DNA of 64,000 bases from Octopus vulgaris (Eukaryota), in NCBI GenBank assembly GCA_951406725.2, contig OX597838.1, positions 5,394,001-5,458,000 on the forward strand. Direction: 5' to 3'. The notes under the pieces are model-generated. The model searched no databases and was not told where the DNA came from. It worked only from the letters and a program-made list of their open reading frames with translations. A program made the position numbers and the translations under genes. This document shows, one piece after another, positions 39,099 to 51,587 of this stretch (position 1 is the stretch's first letter; the number at the start of each line of letters is the position of its first letter).

Positions 39099-39151
39099 CT
39101 TCTACATGCACATAGATAAATATCTATGCAAGTATGCATGCATGTATGTAC

Positions 39152-39237
<86 letters not shown>

Positions 39238-39786
39238 ATGTATCTATGTATGTATACACATACATTTTTTATTTCTCTGTATATACAATGTATATACATG
39301 TAAATGCGGTGACACATTTCTATCTAATATGTACAAATCTATCAATCTATTTATCTATTTCTCAATGAATTAATCTTAGGTACCTCCATCCATACACTGA
39401 CGTAAATACACTTATATGACCTACATCTTACACACATACAAACATAAACACACACACACACACATACACACACACACAAACATATACAATTTAGTGGTCG
39501 GCGTAAACAAGCATTAAAATAACTTGACACCAGCCAAATGGCTTTTTTTTTCAAATTTCTTAGGTAGCGTATGCTGGTAGTAAACTCTGACCCTGGTTGT
39601 TGGCCTGTCACTTGTTTGTCCTCCCTGTCCTCCCACCACATTGTTCTCAACAAGGTAACGCTGTAGCAAGGCTGCAGGTAGCAAGCCCTCTACACAGCAG
39701 GAGTTCCCACTGAATCAGTGGTAAAAGAGCACCTCTAAGAACAACAAAAGTAACAAGAATAATAATAAAATGATAATATTTAAATG

Positions 39787-39823
<37 letters not shown>

Positions 39824-39988
39824 CGGTATTTTGTCTGCCATTATGTTCTGAGAAAAATTCCGCCGAGGACGACTTTGCCGCTCATCACTTTCGAGCTAGA
39901 TACATTAAGTGCCAGTTACGCACTGGGGTCAAAATAATCGACTAAAATCCGTTTGTCTCCTCTATGTTTAACCCCTTGTGGGCAATAA

Positions 39989-40056
<68 letters not shown>

Positions 40057-40384
40057 ATATTTATATATATAGAGGGCACTATTATTCATAGGTACCGCAC
40101 GCTAGGAGGGACTCTTGCAGTCAAAACTAATAAAATAAACAAATTGTACCGAATGCAAAACTTCAAAGCGAGTCACTTAAAAACAGAATTTAGTTACATC
40201 TCACCTGTGATTTCGCAATCAATGCAGAATATGCATTCTATGCTTATCTATATATATACATATACATATACATATATAATTGTATCGGTGACTTTTGCCG
40301 ACCTGCTATGTTTAGGGAACGTAGACACAACAACAACGAGTGTCATGCAGTGTTAAGGGGACAAGCATAGACACGAAGACACAC

Positions 40385-40415
<31 letters not shown>

Positions 40416-40429
40416 GATATATATATATG

Positions 40430-40935
40430 CTTCTGTGCAGTATATAAGCTACTGGGAAAGACTCAAGAGATTAAGACTCTATTCATTAGAACGTAGGCGA
40501 GAAAGATATGCCATAATATACATCTGGAAGATCATAGAAGGTCTTGTCCCAAACTTTGGCATCGAACGTTACACAAATACCAGAACTGAGCGCCACTGCA
40601 TAGAGCCAAGGACTCCAAATTTGCCATCAAGGTGTAGGACAAGATACTGCGATAGCCTTGGATTCAGAGGCCCACAGCTCTTCAATATCCTCCCGAAGAA
40701 CCTGAGAGACCTGCATGGGGTGGATGCAGATGTCTTTAAAATAAAACTGTATCTTTTCTTGTCAGGTGTCCCAGATGAACCAACTTCCCGGCTGGAGGTG
40801 CAGATGAGGGCACCCGCATCGAACTCTCTCATGCAATTGCTAAAAAGCATTCGTGAAGTAAAATCATGTAGCAACACCACATGGCGGTGCCCCAGCATGG
40901 CCACAGCTCGTGAGCTGAAACTAGATAAAATAAAC
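40430..40935 (+). mobile_element. 3' end of a CR1-clade LINE (ORF2 C-terminus and 3' tail)
   Basis: SYWERLKRLRLYSLERRRERYAIIYIWKII...GPQLFNILP...FKIKL.LFL matches the CR1-group ORF2 C-terminus pattern. It is 5'-truncated and ends in an A-rich tail. Confidence 0.85.
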
Positions 40936-40949
40936 TAAATAAAAAAAAA

Positions 40950-41333
40950 TAGCTTGCTAACCAAACACATGGTTCCGCGTTCAGTCCCACTGCGTGGCAC
41001 CTTGGGCAACTGTCTTCGACTATAGCCCCGGGCCGACCAATGCCTTGTGAGTGGATTTGGTAGACGGAAACTGAAAGAAGCCTGTCGTATATATGTATAT
41101 ATATATATAAGTGTGTGTGTATATGTTTGTGTGTCTGTGTTTGTCCCCCTAGCATTGCTTGACAACCGATGCTGGTGTGTTTACGTCCCCGTCACTTAGC
41201 GGTTCGGCAAAAGAGCCCGATAGAATAAGTACTGGGCTTACAAAGAATAAGTCCCGGGGTCGATTTGCTCGACTAAAGGCGGTGCTCCAGCATGGCCGCA
41301 GTCAAATGACTGAAACAAGTAAAAGAGTAAAGA
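40950..41333 (+). mobile_element. Family A SINE (duplicate at 45393-45776)
   Basis: Consensus match, slightly 5'-truncated. Confidence 0.9.
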
Positions 41334-41443
41334 GATATATGTGTTTTTAAAAACCATAAAACTGAGAAGAATTACTCAATATTTAATACAAGTGAGGACT
41401 GTTTATAGGGTTAAGCTGGGTTTCTCTCCATAAAAATACTCTT

Positions 41444-41474
<31 letters not shown>

Positions 41475-41935
41475 AGATGTATTTCTTTGTGTGTGTGTGT
41501 GTGTGCGTGTATTCCTTAATGCCTGTGTTTTTCACCCCACACAGCAATTCTTAACCGATGTTGGTGTGTTTACCTCCCCGTAGTACAGTGGTTCTTCAAA
41601 TCGCACCAATAGAATTATCATTAAACTAATAGAGAATCTCTTCAAGATGGTGCTGGAGCATGGCCGCATTTGAATAACAAGTAAATGAGTAAAAGTTATA
41701 ATATATATATATATATACATACATACATACACACACTCACACACACACACACACACAGACACTAACACACATTTATATAGAAACCAATATATGGAAATGT
41801 ATATGTACTTTCAACATGGGTTCAGTCCCACTGCGTTACACCTTCTTTGGATTTGGTAGACACCTTCTAATATAGCCTCGGGGCGACCAAAGGCGTGTGA
41901 GTGGATTTGGTAGACGGAAACTGGAAGAAGCCCGT

Positions 41936-42793
41936 CCGTCCTGTGGTTCTTGTGTCGTCTCTGTGGCGTTTCATGTTCTTGTCCATGTCTGTAATTATTT
42001 TTACTGTTTACCTATATAATCGGCGGCTACGTATCCACAGTTGTCCTTATACGATAAGTATATTTTTTCTCAAGCATTGATACGACTCTTAATCTTTCTT
42101 TCTTTCTCTCTCTCTCTCTCCTCCCTTATTCCCCCTCCTTTCTTTCCCTCTCCATCCGTCTTCCCCCCCTTCTACGTTTCTCTATCTCTCTCACCTCCAG
42201 CCCCCTCGATCTGTCTCTTTCTTCTCCTCCCTCGTCCACCTTCTCTCTCTTTTCATCTGTCCCTTTCTCTTGTCTTTTGTTCTCACGTGACCGCTAGCCG
42301 CTGTTGAGCGCTCTTTTCGTTCCAGCAGCCGCTGAAGCAACACGTACTTGTTCGTCTCCCTGTGGCCATTAGGCACAACTTCATAAGCCAGCCCCATACT
42401 CAATTCGTCCTGTCGAAAGACCCTTGTCCTACGTCCTGGTTTTGTTTTGTTGTTTATTTTTTATACTTTATTTTACCGTTATTGTTTTTACGTTTTTGTA
42501 TTCTTATTGTTGTCACGTATTCTGTATTTTTGTTCGTGTACTTCGTTCGTTTTCCGTCCTCGTGTTGTATACATTCGAAGCTTTCTTCCAGGGGATCTAA
42601 TGCACTTGGCTTAGATTTCCCTTGGCGGGTTGCCCATATCGGAGCAATCTCAAGATTAATCAGCCGAAATTGCTAAGATGATCTGGTTCTTGACTGATGA
42701 CTGAGGGCTTCGAATGTCCCGTCCTGTGGTTCTTGTGTCGTCTCTGTGGCGTTTCATGTTCTTGTCCATGTCTGTAATTATTTTTACTGTTTA

Positions 42794-42801
<8 letters not shown>
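41936..42801 (+). mobile_element. Non-coding 783-nt-monomer element with identical 83-bp direct repeats, inserted into a family A SINE
   Basis: 41936-42018 equals 42719-42801. The corresponding SINE in the sister duplicate (46246-46632) is uninterrupted. No credible protein; ends in (TA)n. Confidence 0.85.
42643..42704 (+). ncRNA. Candidate non-circularly permuted hammerhead ribozyme
   Basis: AGCAAUC^UCAAGA-uuaa-UCAGccGAAAUUGCU-13 nt-UCUUGA CUGAUGA CUGA. Stem III is AGCAAU/AUUGCU, stem I is UCAAGA/UCUUGA, stem II is UCAG/CUGA, and all core nucleotides are present. Confidence 0.62.
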
Positions 42802-42842
<41 letters not shown>

Positions 42843-43706
42843 TTGTGTGAGTTTGTATGTCTGTTTGTCCCCCACAACATCGCTTGACAGCCGATGCTGG
42901 TGTGTTTATGTCCCCGTCTGCTAGCAGATCGGCAAAGAGCCCGATAGAATAAGTACTGGGCTTACAAAGAATAAGTCCCGGGATCGAGTTGCTCGATTAA
43001 AGGCGGTGCTCCAGCATGGCCGCAGTCAAATGACTGAAAAAATAAAAGATTAAAATATTATACACACACACACACACACACACACATACACATTCACACA
43101 CACACATGTATATATATATATATACATATATTCTTACTCTTGTTTCAGTCATTTGACTGTGGCCATGCTGGAGCACCGCCAATTTATTCGAGCAAATCAA
43201 CCGCAGGACTTATTCGTTGTAAGCCTAGTACTTATTCTATCGGGTCTTTTGCCGTACCGCTAGGTTATGGTGTCGTAAACACACCGGCATTGGTTGTCAA
43301 GCGCTGTTGGTAAGGGGGGACAAACGCACATATATATATATATATATATATATGTGCATACACATATATACGACAGGCTTCTTTCAGTTTCCGTCTAACA
43401 TATCCACTCACAGAGCTATGGTTTGCCCGAGGCTTTAGTAGAAGATACTTGCCCAAGGTGCCACGCAGTGGGACTGAACCCAGAACCATGTATGTATGTA
43501 TACACATATACATTTTTTTTTCTATGTATGTACAATTTATATACATGTAAGTACGGTGACTCATTACTAACCAATATTTACAAATCTATTTATCTATTTC
43601 TCAATGAATTAATCCTAGGTACCTCCATCCATACACTGACGTAAATACATTTCCTTGACCTACATATTATACCCAAACAGAAACACAGACAAACACACAC
43701 ACACAA

Positions 43707-43739
<33 letters not shown>

Positions 43740-44131
43740 GACAAACATATACAAACAGACGTACGCAAAAGCCGAACGCAATGATATTTTTTTGTCTTGT
43801 TTTCGTTTATATTTTTGGCTTTAAGGAAGTGTACTTATTTAGTGGTCGGCGTAAACAAGCATTAAAAGAATTTGACACCAGCCAAATGGCTTTTGTTTTC
43901 AAATTTCTTTGGTAGTTTATGCTGATTGTAAACTCTGACCCTGGCTGTTGGCCTGCCACTTGTTTGTCCTCCCTGTCCGACCATCACATTGTTCTCAAAA
44001 AGGAAACGTCGTTGCCTGGGTGCAGGTAGCAAGCCCTCTACACAGCTTGAGTTCCCACTGAATCAGTGGTAAAAGATCACCTTTAAGAAAAACAAAAGTA
44101 ACAAGAATAATAATAAGATGATAATATTTAA

Positions 44132-44206
<75 letters not shown>

Positions 44207-44380
44207 TATTTTGTCTGCCTTTACGTTCTGAGTAAAATTTCGGCGAGGTCGTCTTTGCCTTTCATCACTTTCGAGATAGATAAATTAAGTGCCAGTTACG
44301 CACTGGAGTCAAAATAATCGACTAAAATCCGTTTGTCTCCTCTATGTTTAGACCCTTGTGGCCAATAAATAAATAAAGAG

Positions 44381-44430
<50 letters not shown>

Positions 44431-44609
44431 TATATAGAGTGTACTATTATTCATAGGTAACTCACGCTAGAAGGGACTCTTGCAGTCAAAATTACTAAAA
44501 TAAACAAATTGTACCGAATGCAAAACTTTAAAGCAAGACACTTAAATAAGAATTTAGTTACATATCACCTGTGATTTCGCAATCAATGCAGAATATGCAT
44601 TCTATGCTC

Positions 44610-44702
<93 letters not shown>

Positions 44703-44808
44703 AATGTATCGGTGACTTTTGCCGACCTGCTATGTTTAGGGTAAGTAGACACACCAACAACGAGTGTCATGCCGTGTTAAGGGGACAAGCATAGACACGA
44801 AGACATAC

Positions 44809-44872
<64 letters not shown>

Positions 44873-45378
44873 CCTCTGTGCAGCATATAAGCTACTGGAA
44901 AAGACTCAAGAGATTAAGACTCTATTCCTTAGAGCTTAGGCGAGAAAGATATGCCATAATATACATCTGGAAGATCATAGAAGGACTTGTCCCAAACTTT
45001 GGCATCGAACGTTACACAAATACCAGAACTGGGCGCCACTGCATAGTGCCAAGGACTCCAAATTTGCCATCAAGTTGTAGGACAAGATACTGTGATAGCC
45101 TGGGCTTCAGAGGCCCACAGCTTTTCAATATCCTCCCGAAGAACCTGAGAGACCTGCATGGGGTGGATGCAGATCTCTTTAAAATAAAACTGTATCTTTT
45201 CTTGTCAGGTGTCCCAGATGAACCAACTTCCCGGCTGGAGGTGCAGATGAGGGCAGCCGCATCGAACTCTCTCATGCAATTGCTAAAAAGCATTCGTGAA
45301 GTAAAATCATGTAGCAACACCACATGGCGGTGCCCCAGCATGGCCACAGCTCGTGAGCTGAAACTAGATAAAATAAAC
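44873..45378 (+). mobile_element. 3' end of a CR1-clade LINE, second copy (segmental duplicate)
   Basis: Nearly identical to 40430-40935, with the same truncation point. Confidence 0.85.
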
Positions 45379-46245
45379 TAAATAAAAAAAAATAGCTTGC
45401 TAACCAAACACATGGTTCCGCGTTCAGTCCCACTGCGTGGCACCTTGGGCAACTGTCTTCGACTATAGCCCCGGGCCGACCAATGCCTTGTGAGTGGATT
45501 TGGTTGACGGAAACTGAAAGAAGCCTGTCGTATATATGTATATATATATATAAATGTGTGTGTATATGTTTGTGTGTCTGTGTTTGTCCCCCTAGCATTG
45601 TTTGACAACCGATGCCGGTGTGTTTACGTCCCCGTCACTTAGCGGTTCGGCAAAAGAGCCCGATACAATAAGTACTGGGCTTACAAAGAATAAGTCCCGG
45701 GGTCGATTTGCTCGACTAAAGGCGGTGCTCCAGCATGGCCGCAGTCAAATGACTGAAACAAGTAAAAGAGTAAAGAGATATATGTGTTTTTAAAAACCAT
45801 AAAACTTAGAAGAATTACTCTATATTTAATACAAGTGAGGATGGTTAATCCGGTTAAGCTGGGTTTCGCTCCATAAAAGTACTCTTTATAGCCACACATA
45901 CACACAAACATATATTTGTTTGTGTGTGTGTGTGTGTGTATTCCTTAATGTCTGTGTTTTTCACCCCACACAGCGATTCTTAACCGATGTTGGTGTGCTT
46001 ACCTCCCCGTAGTACAGTGGTTCTTCAAATCGCACCAATAGAATTATCATTAAACTAATAGAGAATCTCTTCAAGATGGTGCTGGAGCATGGCCGCATTT
46101 GAATAACAAGTAAATGAGTAAAAGTTATAATATATATATATATATATATACATACATACATACACACACTCACACACACACACACAGACACTAACACACA
46201 TTTATATAGAAACCAATATATGGAAATGTATATGTACTTTCATCA

Positions 46246-46365
46246 TGGGTTCAGTCCCACTGCGTGACCTCTTGAGTAAATGTCTTCTAATATAGCCTCG
46301 GGGCGACCAAAGCCGTGTGAGTGGATTTGGTAGACGGAAACTGAAAGAAGCTCGTCGTATATATG

Positions 46366-46427
<62 letters not shown>

Positions 46428-46907
46428 TTTGTATGTCTGTGTTTGTCCCCCACAGCATCGCTTGACAGCCGATGCTGGTGTGTTTATGTCCCCGTCTGCT
46501 AGCGGTTCGGCAAAGAGCCCGATAGAAGAAGTACTGGGCTTACAAAGAATAAGTCCCGGGATCGAGTTGCTCGATTAAAGGTGGTGCTCCAGCATGGCCG
46601 CAGTCAAAGGACTGAAACAAATAAAAGATTAAAAGATTATACATACACACACACACACTCACACACACACACATACACACGCACACACACATGTATACAT
46701 ATATACATATATTCTTACTCTTGTTTCAGTCATTTGACTGTGGCCATGCTGGAGCACCGCCATTTTATTCGAGCAAATCAACCGCAGGACCTATTCTTTG
46801 TAAGCCTAGTACTTATTCTATCGGGTCTTTTGCCGTACCGCTAAGTTATGGGGACGTAAACACACCAGCATCGGTTGTCAAGCACTGTTGGTAAGGGGAG
46901 ACAAACG

Positions 46908-46962
<55 letters not shown>

Positions 46963-47095
46963 ATACACATATATACGACAGGCGTCTTTCAGTTTCCGTC
47001 TAACAAATCCACTCACAGGGCTTTGGTTTGCCCGAGGCTTTACTAGAAGATATTTGCCCAAGGTGCCACGCAGTGGGACTGAACCCGGAACCATG
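46246..47095. mobile_element. Tail-to-tail inverted pair of family A SINEs (46246-46632 +, 46715-47095 -)
   Basis: Consensus matches in opposite orientation about 80 bp apart; the same arrangement occurs at ~41815-43490. Confidence 0.85.
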
Positions 47096-47825
47096 TATGT
47101 ATGTATACATTTTTTCTTTTCTATTTATGTACGATTTATATACTTGTAAGTACGGTGACTCATTACTATCTAATATTTACAAATCTATCGATCTATTTAT
47201 CTATTTCTCAATGAATTAATCTCAGGTACCTCCATCCATACACTGACGTAAATACACTTACTTGACCTACATATTATACCCAAACAGAAACACAGACACA
47301 CACACACAATCACACACACACACACATACACACACACACAAACACACATACACACACATATACATACACACACACACAAACACACACACACACACACAGA
47401 CAAACATACACCACAAGACATAAAAACAAGCCGAACGCAATGACATTTTCTTGTGTTGTTTTCGTTTATATTTTTGGCTTTAAGGAAGTGTGCTCATTTA
47501 GTGGTCGGCGTAAACAAGCATTAAAAGAACTTGACACCAGCCAAATGGCTTTTGTTTTTCAAATTTCTCTGCTAGTTTATGCTGGTAGTAAACTCTGACC
47601 CTGGTTGTTGGCCTGCCACTTGATTGTCCTTCCTGTCCAACCATCGCATTGTTCTCAACCAGGAAACGCCGTTGCAAGGCTGAAGGTAGCAAGCCCTGTA
47701 CACAGCTGGAGTTCCCACTGAATCAGTGGTAAAAGAGCAACTGTAAGAACAACAAAAGTAACCAGAATAATAAGAATGTTTATGCTGAAGATGATGATAT
47801 ATAAATGCCTGGGTATGTGTCTGTG

Positions 47826-47924
<99 letters not shown>

Positions 47925-48229
47925 TTCTGTAATGCTACAGTCTGTATGTATTTACTATATTAAAATATTACTAATATAATTCGATATGTATATATGGAGA
48001 TGAAACAAACTGACAATTATATTAATATTTATATTAGAAAGTTTATCTAAACTAAGAAGTGTTGCAGAATATTTTAAATTACGATGTAGTTAGTTAGTTA
48101 AGCAAAATATAATCTACAAGAAATACTGGAGAATATTTTTGCTTTTAACACTTATATTGCAATGTTTGTTGACGCAATGCTGAAATCTATGCAAAATATT
48201 TGTCAAACTCTGATTTGTATGAAGCAAAA

Positions 48230-48800
48230 TACGCACATACCTATACGTGCATACATATCTATACGTGCATATATATACACACACATATATACAAACATAC
48301 ACGCTTGCATACATACATACATACATATATGCATACATGCATACATACATACATGTATACATGCATACATACATGCATACATACATACATACATACATAT
48401 ATATATACATGCATACATACATACATACATACATACATACGTATAACAAACAAAACAAAATGTTTTCTTTCACAACCTGGCTACCAAATAGGTGGCCGGT
48501 CAAAATTTACTCTAAATTAAAAAGAGAAAAAGAACATACATACATGTATGCATACATACATACATTCATTCATACATACATACACACATACATACATACA
48601 TGCATATATACATACATACACACATACATACATACTTACATACATACATACATACTTACATACATACATACATGCATACATAATACATACATACATACTT
48701 ATATGCATACTTATATACATACATACATACATGCATACATACATACATACATACATACATACATACATGCATACATACATACATACATACACACACTTCT
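48230..48800. repeat. (CATA)n compound microsatellite
   Basis: Direct reading. Confidence 0.95.
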
Positions 48801-50130
48801 ATATCTATATATCGTTTATCAATATACCAATAAGAATGAAAGACTTTGTCGATTTATTTTATAATCCACATCAAATATAAATGATTGATTTATATATTTC
48901 ATGTACAGTTTTAATAAAGCTATATATGTGCTTAATAAAAAGATAATTAAAACATATTTCTGTGTGCATGCATAAAACTTTAATGGCGCAAATTAGAGCT
49001 ACATATATTTGACGCGATACAATGTTGTAGCAGGACGACGCCGATATTGATATATCTTGTTATTTACCAATCGATGTCTTCTGATTCAATTTTTTTCTCG
49101 TTTTTCTTTAGCTCCAAATTGGCCTTCTACAAGAATATCTTAAAGACTCCGCCGGTTACGACGACGAGGGTCCCAGCTGATACGATCAACGGAACAGCTT
49201 GCTCGTGAAATTAACGTGCAAATGGCTGAGCATTCTACAGACACGTGTACCCTTAACGTAGTTCTCGGGGATAATCAGCGTGACACAGAGAGTGACAAGG
49301 CTGACCCTTTGAAATACAAGTACAACTCATTTTTGCCAGCTGAGTGGACTGGAGCAACGTGAAATAAAGTGTCTTGCTCAAGGACACAACGCGTTGCCGG
49401 GAATCGAACTCACAACCTTACGATCATGAGCCGAATGCCCTAACCACTAAGCCACGCGCCCTCACAGACAAGAATATCTATATAGAAAGACGATGTAAAT
49501 AAGGCCATTCGTTTTATGTATTATAGGTGTGTTTTGACGTGTGTATCATCAACAAGAACCACATAGAAAACATCTGTTCGGCATCTCACTCAGTATTTTC
49601 TACAAGTTACGCGTATATTATCTCGTTCTTATACTGATCTCGTTGTTTTACCTCCCTCCATCTCATGTATAATCAATGAGATCTTTTACCAGTTAAGAGC
49701 ATTGTGTCCATAGCCAAACCATCATATCATTATTGTGTAATAAATCATCGATTCCAGTTTAAATGATCTCAGTTCTTCTTGTTTGCTTTTTTAAAACAAT
49801 GCTGCTGTGTGTTTCACGGGAGATTTGATTACTAGCAATAGCATGTTCTATGATCACATAAAAGCACTCTCGCTGACTCTGTTAATTCACAGAATGCAGC
49901 ACAGATTATTTGATTGAAAATAAATGCCAATCGCAAATGTTACAATGGAATGGCTTGTTATGATGTAATATTGGTTTGTGTTTCTATGAATCTATACTAT
50001 GTGCACCAGTGACCATACAGCCATTCTTGAATATATCTTGAACTATTGCATAAAGTGAAAACAATTCGGGATTTCAAACCTTTCTGATTATAAAGAATCT
50101 GAAAATGCCTTTGGTTTTGTGATTTTTTTT

Positions 50131-50336
50131 TTACTTGTTTCAGTCATTTTGACTGCGGCCATGCTGGAGCACCACCTTAGGTCGAGCAAATCGATCCCAG
50201 GACTTATTCTTTGTAAGCCTAGTACTTATTCTATCGGTCTCTTTTGCCGAACCGCTAGGTTACGGGAACGTAAACACACCAGCATCGGTTGTCAAGCGAT
50301 GTTGCGGGGAAACACACACAAACATATACACACACT

Positions 50337-50382
<46 letters not shown>

Positions 50383-50585
50383 AAGAAGCCCGTCGTACAT
50401 ATATATATATATATATGTACGACGGGCTTCTTTCAGTTTCCATCTGCCAAATCCCCTCACAAGATTTTGGTCGGCCTGAGGCTATAGTAGAAGGCACTTG
50501 CTGCCCAAGGTTCCACGCAGTGGGACTGAACCCGGAACCATGTGGTTGGTAAGCAAGCTACTTACCACGTAGCCACTCCTACGCC
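50131..50585 (-). mobile_element. Family A SINE with a small internal inverted duplication (~50376-50440)
   Basis: Consensus match. AAACTGAAAGAAGCCCGTCGTACAT-(AT)n-ATGTACGACGGGCTTCTTTCAGTTT forms a perfect palindrome. Confidence 0.85.
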
Positions 50586-51322
50586 TGATAAATACTTTCT
50601 ATTTAAAAGTGATCAAAATCAAAATCTTCCCCAGCCTTTTCTTGTCAATTTATGTTCCAAACTCCAGCATAATAATGAGACTGCATCTAAAAATATTTTT
50701 GCCCAATTCTTTGCTGTTTTCAAAATGAACACAACCAACTTCTTTGTATTTCAACGAAATTACGGTAACAAAAAGCAGGATTGGTTGCCTAGCAACCGTA
50801 TCATTCTGGGTTCAGTCCAACTGCGTGGCATCTTTGGCCATTGTATTCTACTGAGCATTTATAGGATATAATACTATATAAACTCAACTAACAATTGAAG
50901 ATGGAGAAGAGATGTTAAAATCTTCATAAAATTTTAATCCATGCATAGCATCGTTTCGAATGATAAGACCAACATTTAAGAAACATGGAAAAAATTAAAA
51001 TAATTATAATTATAATTAAATTAATTTGATTTAAATTATGTATTACCATTCTCTTCAATGCAAAAGATGGAGAAACCATCCGGAAAGTTAGAAATAGAAG
51101 AATATTACAGGAGGCCATATTGAGTTTGTGTCGCATAACTCAATCGTATATTCATAAATTGATTGTGAAAGATGGAATACCCCAAATACTTATTCATTGT
51201 AAGACTTGTACCTATTATCTCGGGTTATCTTGCCGAACCGCTAAGTTACGGGGGACATAAACACGCCAGTATCCGTTGTCGCGCTATGGCTGGGGTACAA
51301 ACACAAACACAAACACACATAG

Positions 51323-51371
<49 letters not shown>

Positions 51372-51517
51372 TCGCCATACTAATATGGCATTCTTATAAA
51401 AATAAGAATAAAGCTGTCCGCTTTATAAGAATGCCATATTAGTATGGCGATAACTATTATTTTCCGGAAACGCTGCCGTTGTTCTCTTTTAGAGAGACTT
51501 AGTAATTTTAATATTTC

Positions 51518-51587
<70 letters not shown>

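Larger units (their letters stand above)
36870..47790. repeat. Tandem segmental duplication, about 2.5 copies of a ~3.6-4.5-kb unit
   Basis: Unique landmarks recur in order: TATTCCTTAATG (~37003, 41509, 45939), AGGTACCTCCATCCATACACTGACG (~39378, 43617, 47224), TTAGTGGTCGGCGTAAACAAGC (~39491, 43839, 47498) and the CR1 fragment (40430, 44873; offset 4443). Confidence 0.9.

Noticed and set aside
39705-39725. In-frame TGA conserved in three exon-like copies as possible selenocysteine
   Set aside because: The copies are recent duplicates, so conservation is uninformative; no SECIS or selenoprotein motif was recognised.
44764-45381. 205-aa ORF as a host gene
   Set aside because: Microsatellite fused to a truncated CR1-clade LINE ORF2 end.
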